From: Cyanidioschyzon merolae
Lineage: Eukaryota
Assembly (NCBI GenBank): GCA_000091205.1
Contig: AP006498.2
Length of the DNA stretch: 64,000 bases
Direction: 5' to 3' (one strand)
How positions within the stretch are numbered: position 1 is the first letter of the stretch; every line of letters starts with the position of its first letter. The notes beneath the pieces were generated by a model. The model saw nothing but the letters and a program-made list of their open reading frames with translations. It did not search any database and was not told the origin of the DNA. The translations under genes were made by a program, and so were the position numbers. Shown here one piece after another: positions 57,128 through 64,000 of this stretch.

Positions 57128-58123
57128 GTGGCGGCGGCGGTGGCGGCGGCGGCGGCGGTTGTGGTGGTAGTGTTTCAACAGCGCCTCGGCACGTCGTCGT
57201 TGGCAACCCAGGAGACTAGGCTCGTACCTGGGCTGTCGAGAAACGCGTCTTTCCCGGCAGCGCGGTCCAGGTCTTTCTCGGCATTGAAGGGCGCGATGGC
57301 GGCCGCGGCGGCACCGGGCTCGACGCCTCCTGGGACGCCCACAGAGTACGACCCCTTCCGCTTTCGTTCCATCGAGCCCGATCTCCGAGTGGCTATGGTT
57401 ACGGGAGCGACCGGTGTGCTCGGGCAGGCGACCGTGCGCGCGTTTCTGGACGAGGGGTTTCGGGTGGTTGTTCACGACAACTCAGTGGAGGACCTGAACG
57501 CACTTGTCGCACAGCTGGGTGCAAGTGCAACAGCCGAGGCGCTCTACCCCATCTGTTTCGATATATCGCGACCCGAAGCAGTTGCTGCGGCCATGCATCG
57601 AATCCAAACTGACTTTGGTCAGGTTTATTTCCTCGTGAATAATAACGCTGTTGTCAGCGCGACGCACGCGCTCGACACCTCGCCAGAGGATTGGCAGTAC
57701 GCCTTTGCACAGAACGTGCATAGCGCTTTCTACATGTCGCGAGAGGTTCTTCCGGCGATGCGCGCGAAGCGCTTCGGGCGTATTATCAACACATGCAGCT
57801 TGGCCGGCAAGACAGGAGGCATTACCACCGGTATTGCCTATTCGACGACCAAGGGTGCGCTCCAGACGCTGACATTCAGTCTCGCACGCGAAACCGCTCG
57901 AGATGGCGTCACTGTGAACGGTATCAGTTACGCGTACGTGCAGACGGCGACTCTGGAACGATTTCCCAAAGAGGTTGTCGATCAGCTGCTTAGCAGCATA
58001 CCCGTTGGTCGATTCATGCGACCAGAAGAATTTGCGTTCGCTGTTATGTTTCTGAGCTCCCCTATGGCTGGGTTTATCACAGGCGAAATTGTAGATTTAA
58101 ATGGCGGTCTGCTCACAGACTAG
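57128..58123 (+). CDS. Short-chain dehydrogenase/reductase, 3-oxoacyl-ACP reductase (FabG)-like, with possible N-terminal organellar presequence; alternative start at Met 57296
   Basis: 'AMVTGATGVLGQATVRAFLDEGFRVVVHDNS' (TGxxxxxG), 'NNAVVS' (NNAG-like), catalytic 'YSTTKGALQTLTFSLARE' (YxxxK). Residues 1-56 ('...RLVPGLSRNASFPAARSRSFSALKG') are R/S/A-rich with almost no acidic residues, like a mitochondrial presequence. The very N-terminal poly-Ala/Val comes from a (GGC)n repeat. Confidence 0.75.
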   Translation: MAAAVAAAAAVVVVVFQQRLGTSSLATQETRLVPGLSRNASFPAARSRSFSALKGAMAAAAAPGSTPPGTPTEYDPFRFRSIEPDLRVAMVTGATGVLGQATVRAFLDEGFRVVVHDNSVEDLNALVAQLGASATAEALYPICFDISRPEAVAAAMHRIQTDFGQVYFLVNNNAVVSATHALDTSPEDWQYAFAQNVHSAFYMSREVLPAMRAKRFGRIINTCSLAGKTGGITTGIAYSTTKGALQTLTFSLARETARDGVTVNGISYAYVQTATLERFPKEVVDQLLSSIPVGRFMRPEEFAFAVMFLSSPMAGFITGEIVDLNGGLLTD

Positions 58124-60501
58124 GTAAAGTATTTTTGCACAAAACGTTCGGCGGAACAGAGCGGCGCCCTACCGCTCTGCGCTTGTGTCAGCGACGCGTT
58201 TCGCTTCTGGCTCCAGATCGTCCGGGTGTCGTGTCCGCGTCGTCTCGACCAAGGTCGCGTGCTGCAGCTCACCCTGGGTCAGTATTTGGGCGTTTCGTTG
58301 GAGAAAACGGTCGAACTTGCGCCTGTTTTCCTTTTGATTGCGGGACAGTCTCCGCTTCGGACGGCTAAAACGAACCCGTCCATCGAGTAGAACCAACGTC
58401 CGCCGCCAGAAGCAACCGTAGTTCATAACACTAAGCCGAAGAGGCCGCTTCTGTAACCGTTCACGTGCACCAACGCGTAGATGGCGAAGAGGAGGCGACT
58501 TCGCCTGCGGATCGGCGGGCGACGGCGCTCCGATTGCAGCGCGTCGGCGGCAGGCACGCGACAGTTCACGACTGGGTGCATGGATCACGGACTCGGGTGG
58601 GATGTTCGTTAGACTCAACACTCCGCTGCCTGGAAAGAAGCACTGGTGGATGCACTGTGAGCTCAACTCGTGGCCAGTCGAGGTCCATGGAACGTTGCTT
58701 TTTTTCTGGGAGTCTTTTCCGCTGGCGAAATGGGTGGTTCCGGCTTTGTCTGTGAAGGGATCAGGTTCAGGAATGGCAATGATCACGTGAGCGCTGCACT
58801 ACGCGGGAACGCGTGCTCTTGAACGAGGAATAGCATCCCAAATATCGATATATTTCGTTTGAATGACTTTGTCACGCTGGAGGAATCACTGGCAGCTGGC
58901 TGGTGCGAAATCCATCACGATTTGCGTGATGCGAGTCCGTTGCTACCGCTCCCGATACATGCGTTGGCAACCTGCTTTCGAATGACACTTGGTGAAGATA
59001 ACGGGTCAAGGGCGGGGCCGCGTCGAGCACTCTCACAGGCCTGAATTCCATCGTCGCCGCCATTTTCTGCAAGCGTCCTTGAAGATCGCGTCTCGATGCG
59101 AACTGCACTTCACACGGCGTATGGCGAGTTGCTTCGCGATCCGCGCCCCAGAGACATCGGGTGGATTTGCGCTCGCTGAACGCTATGTTGGTGGTGTTTC
59201 GCCTCCGGAATACACGACCAAGATCTCGGGCTCGTCGCGGTTTCATGGCTTTCCGTTTGTTCGAGCTCAAGCTGTTACCATGTGAGCAGTGAATCTGGAT
59301 TAACAGGAGAAATGTATCCAGTTCATTGCAAACACGTCGCTGGACGACTTGGTGTTGACTCCGATAGCATAGGAGTACAAAGACCCGTCTCGCCAAAGTA
59401 AGCCGAGCCACGCTCAGCAGGTGGATGACGCACACGTCTCGTCATCCGCATCCAGTGCGCAGTGCATCCGAAACAAATGCCATCAAACTCCATCCGCACA
59501 CCTGTATCGTCGTCAATCCATTCCCCCCATTTTCCCCATTTCCGGAACAGACGACTAGTTCAGAACAGAGCAGACGCCGTGCTCGAATAAGAGCGATCCC
59601 GCCGCCACGAACATGTATTCCATGTGGTCTGCACGTATGGGGTCCGGTCCCATGACATCACTGTAGACACATGTGTATAGCACTATGCTGCGTCCGTCGT
59701 GCGCTACAACTGGCCTCTGCGAGCAGAGACCAGGCATTCGAACATCGTCGCGACGAGCATTTGCGAGGCTCATGCATGGCCTCTCGGCTCAGGGCAGACA
59801 GCGGAGACACGTTTACCGCCATGATGGAGACAGTCAGAATATCTGTGTGCATGCACTTTGTGTAACCGACGCCTGAGTCGAGCAATGAAACTCCTCTCCA
59901 ACCGTTCGAGGTGGATGACGAGCAAGTCTCGGTGGCGGGCGTGAATTCCGGTTTCATTGATATGGGCGCCGTCGCCGAGCTCATGAGGGGGTAGGGGACG
60001 GAGCCAGAGACCTCCAAGGCATGCAGCTGTAGCTGCTCAGTTCTGCCAGCGCACGGCAGTATCGGGAGTCGGGCATGATGGACACGAAGAGACATCCCGG
60101 GAGCTAGAATTCCAGCAAGTCTGGAGCGCGGACAATCCACCTCGGACACCGATCTTCTCGGCCGTTTGCGAACGGTAATCGTGTTCTATTGCTCGAGATT
60201 CCCGACTGTACCACATCCGGTATCCGCTGCATGCATGCGTTGCGCGACCAGGCCGCCACCATCTAAAATCCTCCATGGTGGTAGCACGAGCGTCTGCAAC
60301 GCCCATCGACATGATGCACTGCTCGGAGACGCTTGCCAGGGTGGTGCAGTTGCTGCACCGGGACGCCGCTGCGTCGTTCGACCCGCGCGCCATCCTTCAT
60401 CAACGTGATCCGGCTCTGTCGATGAAACTCGTTCAGCAATCAAGTCATCGAGCAAGCGCGGAGAATGCATCACAGTGGCGATTTCCTACGCAAGTAAATT
60501 C

Positions 60502-61167
60502 TCATACAAAAGCAGTTTCGCTTTTGGAACCGTCTTCATTGGGTCGCCCTTCCGGGCTTGCGCACTCGTCAGGGCCGTCGAGGTAACGCTTCACAAGCTG
60601 GAGCGCTTCCTCCAGTTTGATGACAACGCCCTCGACGTTGCGTGCTTGCGCATCGGAAACTTCTCTGGACTCGGAATCCTTCAAGCTTGCAATTGCTGCT
60701 TCAATGTGCTTCCCGGCATCTTGGACTCGCGCCCGCCACTCAAGCCGCTCCTTCATGCGTCTGCGCAAACGATCGAGCTGCTCCTCCGTGAAAACCTGCC
60801 TCGACTGCCAAACATCCATCAGCTTCTCAAAGCGCTCATCACCAAACAATACATCCAAGTGATTTTCCAATCCCGCAAAGAAGAGACTCGCAAGTTGCTC
60901 CAGTGTCGATACAGGGAGGCGGTGGCGCGCGTGCTGCAGCACCTCATTCGCGACATACAAAAGGTGTAAACGTCGCTCGCGATCGCTTTCGGTAAACACT
61001 TGCACCCATTCTTGAACGAGTGAGGATGCGAACGTTGGCGCCATGAATAGGATGAACTGCGCGAGGGACTGGATGGACTCCAGGTTCGGCTGGATCGTTG
61101 AGAGACGCCGTTGGAAGTTCGCGCGCGAATATCGGAGTCTTGCGCGGTGCTCACCTGATTCTGCCAT
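60502..61167 (-). CDS. CID-domain protein (RPRD1 / Rtt103-like regulator of RNA polymerase II CTD) with C-terminal coiled coil, 221 aa
   Basis: 'IQSLAQFILFMAPTFASSLVQEWVQVFTESDRERRLHLLYVANEVLQHARHR' resembles the CID core (…LYLANDVIQNSKRK…). A helical/coiled region follows ('LDRLRRRMKERLEWRARVQDAGKHIEAAIASLK'). Confidence 0.5.
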   Translation of the reverse strand: MAESGEHRARLRYSRANFQRRLSTIQPNLESIQSLAQFILFMAPTFASSLVQEWVQVFTESDRERRLHLLYVANEVLQHARHRLPVSTLEQLASLFFAGLENHLDVLFGDERFEKLMDVWQSRQVFTEEQLDRLRRRMKERLEWRARVQDAGKHIEAAIASLKDSESREVSDAQARNVEGVVIKLEEALQLVKRYLDGPDECASPEGRPNEDGSKSETAFV

Positions 61168-62005
61168 TGCATCAACCTATGCCCGTTATCGGGTTTCACT
61201 TGTCTGTAGGAAGCGTTCACTCGGCGTTCTCGAAGGACACCAAGGCTCCGAAAAGGGTCGCACACAGCGGGTACGTTCCGAGGAGCACACGATCCAGGAC
61301 TAGGTTCCTCGACTTTTCGTTCCGCAGGTGTCCGAAAGAAGCCGCGCACACACTTTCGTACAGTACAGCGTCCACGTTTGGTCGAGTCTCTAAAGCGACG
61401 CGCCAGAGACCGCTGAAACTCCTGCGGCGGTGTGCTTCGCGCTCGGATACCTCACCGTCTTGCCCCTAGGTCGCGTTGCAGCAGCGACTTGGAAGAATAC
61501 CCGCAGCTTGGCGTTGAATGCAAGCGCTGGTCACAATCACTAGTTTAAGCCAAAAACACGAATAAAGGTATGGCACGACAGCACTACCAAGTACGAACTA
61601 TCCAATTTCCGTACGGCTCCAGGATCAACGCACTTGCGTACAGCGCACGTCGACTGCGCGGACGCTCTTAGCATCGCGAATCCATACAAAGCGCGAGGTC
61701 TCTCGTCTGTCTCCGATACCGGATTCCTGAGCCGAACAGGGTTTTCTTTCGATCCGCATATGCTATCATAGACCAAAGAGAAAATTATCGTTCCTCTACA
61801 AGGTCGGCACTGTTCTCGAATAGCTGTAGGCGGGTGTCTCCGTATGAAAACGGGTTCGAGCAATCTGGCGATACGCTGGAGGCATCGCAGACGAGGCACT
61901 TGTCCGAGTGAGGCGCATTCGTTTCGAGGCGGCCTTGCGAGCAGCAACTCGAAGCGCGCACGACGCGACAAGCGCAGTCGTCCGCGTACCCTATTTTCCC
62001 TGATG

Positions 62006-62039
62006 CATCATCATCATTATTATTATTATTATCATCATT
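62006..62039. repeat. (ATC/ATT)n compound trinucleotide microsatellite
   Basis: Direct read: 'atcatcatcattattattattattatcatcatt'. Confidence 0.9.
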
Positions 62040-62867
62040 GCGCTGATGTGAATCCCCACCATATCCATTAGCTATGCGTTCGCATTGGACAGGAGCTTCG
62101 CGAAAGCGGCCGCAAAGGCATCTGAAACCCATCCTGTACGCCTCCGGTGACTGCAAAGGCGCATTCGAGCGCCACAGCCAGCGCCCGCCGATGACGCTTC
62201 GCGCATCTACTCACCGGATCGATGATACCGTTCTTCCATGGGATACGCTGGACTGATACCGGGGTACGTGGAACTCGTCCGCATAGAAGCAGAAGCGCCG
62301 TCCCAGATTATCAAAAGCAAATATGTTTCCAGAAAGTCTGTGTGGCATCATCGACCCTGCACGAAAGCAAACAGGCAGCTCAACTGACAGCGCTGGCAGG
62401 CTGGAGCGTTTCCATGATCACGCGCCTGCGTCCAGCATCCAGGGTTCAGCGGCGGGCGCGGTCGCGTCGCCGCGGTGGCGGAAAGCCGCGCCTCGCACGC
62501 AGGCGCTGTCCATCGCGAGGAGCGACAACGCTACCGTCTATCAACGGAAACTACTGTGCTGCTGTCGAAAGACTGGGCATAGTGACTGGTAGAGGACGCG
62601 TTGACCTAACGAGTGCCTTGTGCACTGAAGACAGTGTAAGGTGTCCGCTTGGAGGAGCCGGCTACTCCGGGTTCTTCGGTACAACTGCAACTTGGCTTGG
62701 TGTTCGTTGCCTCGGCGGGCGACGCCTCGGTGTGCGTTTGCGGTTGTGTTTCGGGCGGTATCTGGCGCCATACCTGAACCTTGTAACCTAAGCTATCTGA
62801 TTCGCCGCGAGGTAACGTCGCAGAGCTGTGCAGTACCGCTGAGCGGGCCGTTGTCCGAGTGCATCGA

Positions 62868-64000
62868 ATGGGCACAGTGCGTCGCAAGCCGCCGTGCTCT
62901 GTTGCCCGCGTCTACGCGCACGTGAACGAGAACCGCCCCCGCGAATACTGGGACTATGAGAACCTCGTGGTCAACTGGGGTAATCAGGATAACTATGAAG
63001 TGGTTCGAAAAGTAGGTCGGGGGAAGTACTCCGACGTGTTTGAGGGTATCAACGTCGTGAACGGCGATCGGGTCGTAATCAAAATACTCAAGCCGGTGAA
63101 AAAGAAGAAAATTAAGCGAGAAATCAAGATCTTGGAGAATCTCTGGGGCGGTCCGAACATCGTGAAACTGCTGGATCTCTGTCGCGACCCCGTTTCGAAG
63201 ACACCGTCTTTGATCTTCGAGTATATTCAGAACACTGATTTCAAACAGCTGTATCCGGCGCTAACGCTGAACGACATCCGCTACTATGTCTATGAAGTAT
63301 TGAAGGCGCTCGATTACGCGCATAGTATGGGCATTATGCATCGTGATGTCAAGCCGCACAATGTCATGATCGACCATGAACGACGCGAACTCCGACTGAT
63401 CGACTGGGGTCTAGCCGAGTTCTACCATCCCGGACGACTGTACAACGTACGCGTTGCCTCCCGGTATTTCAAAGGACCTGAGTTACTCGTCGATCTTCAA
63501 GATTATGATTATTCCTTGGACATTTGGTCGCTTGGGTGCATGCTTGCCGGCATGATCTTCCGAAAGGAGCCGTTCTTTCATGGCCATGATAACCAGGACC
63601 AGTTGGTGAAGATCGCTCGCGTGCTCGGTACCGATGACCTTTATGCCTATTTAGCAAAATACGGCATTGAACTGCGCGCTTCCTTCGCGACGTTGATTGG
63701 GCGACACAGCAGAAAACCGTGGGATCAATTTGTGGTGCCCGAAAACGCACATCTCGTCACACCAGATGGCATCGATCTGCTGGAGCACATGTTACGATAC
63801 GATCACCAAGAGCGCTTTACTGCACAGGAATGCATGGCGCATCCATTCTTTGATGCAGTGCGGCCACCGGCACTCGTCGAGACGCTGCCGACAACCGCGG
63901 AACCGAGTGACGCTGAGAAAAACGCTCACGTATCGGAATATGCGGTGCCTGAGAATGGAGCTATTTCCCCGCGATCCCTTGCAGTAGACGGACCGCAGGG
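62868..64000 (+). CDS. CSNK2A: Casein kinase II catalytic subunit alpha (partial; runs off 3' end of window)
   Basis: Begins '[60 protein letters not shown]'. Continues with '[22 protein letters not shown]', '[23 protein letters not shown]', '[29 protein letters not shown]' and '[23 protein letters not shown]', all hallmark CK2-alpha motifs. No stop codon appears before position 64000. Confidence 0.95.
   Translation, partial: MGTVRRKPPCSVARVYAHVNENRPREYWDYENLVVNWGNQDNYEVVRKVGRGKYSDVFEGINVVNGDRVVIKILKPVKKKKIKREIKILENLWGGPNIVKLLDLCRDPVSKTPSLIFEYIQNTDFKQLYPALTLNDIRYYVYEVLKALDYAHSMGIMHRDVKPHNVMIDHERRELRLIDWGLAEFYHPGRLYNVRVASRYFKGPELLVDLQDYDYSLDIWSLGCMLAGMIFRKEPFFHGHDNQDQLVKIARVLGTDDLYAYLAKYGIELRASFATLIGRHSRKPWDQFVVPENAHLVTPDGIDLLEHMLRYDHQERFTAQECMAHPFFDAVRPPALVETLPTTAEPSDAEKNAHVSEYAVPENGAISPRSLAVDGPQ

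Noticed and set aside
1-64000. tRNA / rRNA / snRNA genes
   Set aside because: I scanned for T-loop-like GGTTCGAATCC-type boxes. The only hits were inside CDS or lacked acceptor-stem complementarity, so no RNA gene is supported by eye. A tRNAscan-SE / Infernal run would be needed.

Overview
This 64-kb window looks like nuclear DNA from a compact, GC-rich (~55-60%), apparently intron-poor eukaryote. I read many full-length housekeeping proteins as single uninterrupted ORFs on both strands, at roughly one gene per 3 kb. The plant/bacterial-type fused RibBA and the overall gene set would fit a stramenopile (oomycete or labyrinthulomycete) or a similar protist, but that is a guess.

I can support these genes, all by eye from conserved motifs since no database search was possible:
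- a PLP-dependent group II decarboxylase (GAD/CSAD-like)
- two short-chain dehydrogenases
- a PEMT-like phospholipid N-methyltransferase
- 5-oxoprolinase (1439 aa)
- a 1605-aa poly-Q protein of unknown function
- MSH2-type MutS
- an Ap4A phosphorylase-like protein
- BOP1/Erb1
- SKP1
- bifunctional RibBA
- an ABC1/ADCK/UbiB-family kinase
- V-ATPase subunit B
- a GLOD4-like glyoxalase
- a CID-domain protein
- the 5' part of casein kinase II alpha, which runs off the window end

The non-genic content is:
- a frameshifted non-LTR (LINE) retrotransposon relic, ~3.2 kb
- three diverged relics of one Tc1/mariner-like DDE transposon family
- a perfect 93-bp x5 tandem array
- a pair of 427-bp, 98.8%-identical direct repeats, each sitting immediately 5' of a minus-strand gene start; together they flank MSH2
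- numerous microsatellites and in-frame low-complexity expansions inside conserved genes

I saw no prokaryotic-style systems (CRISPR, operons) and could not support any tRNA or rRNA by eye.
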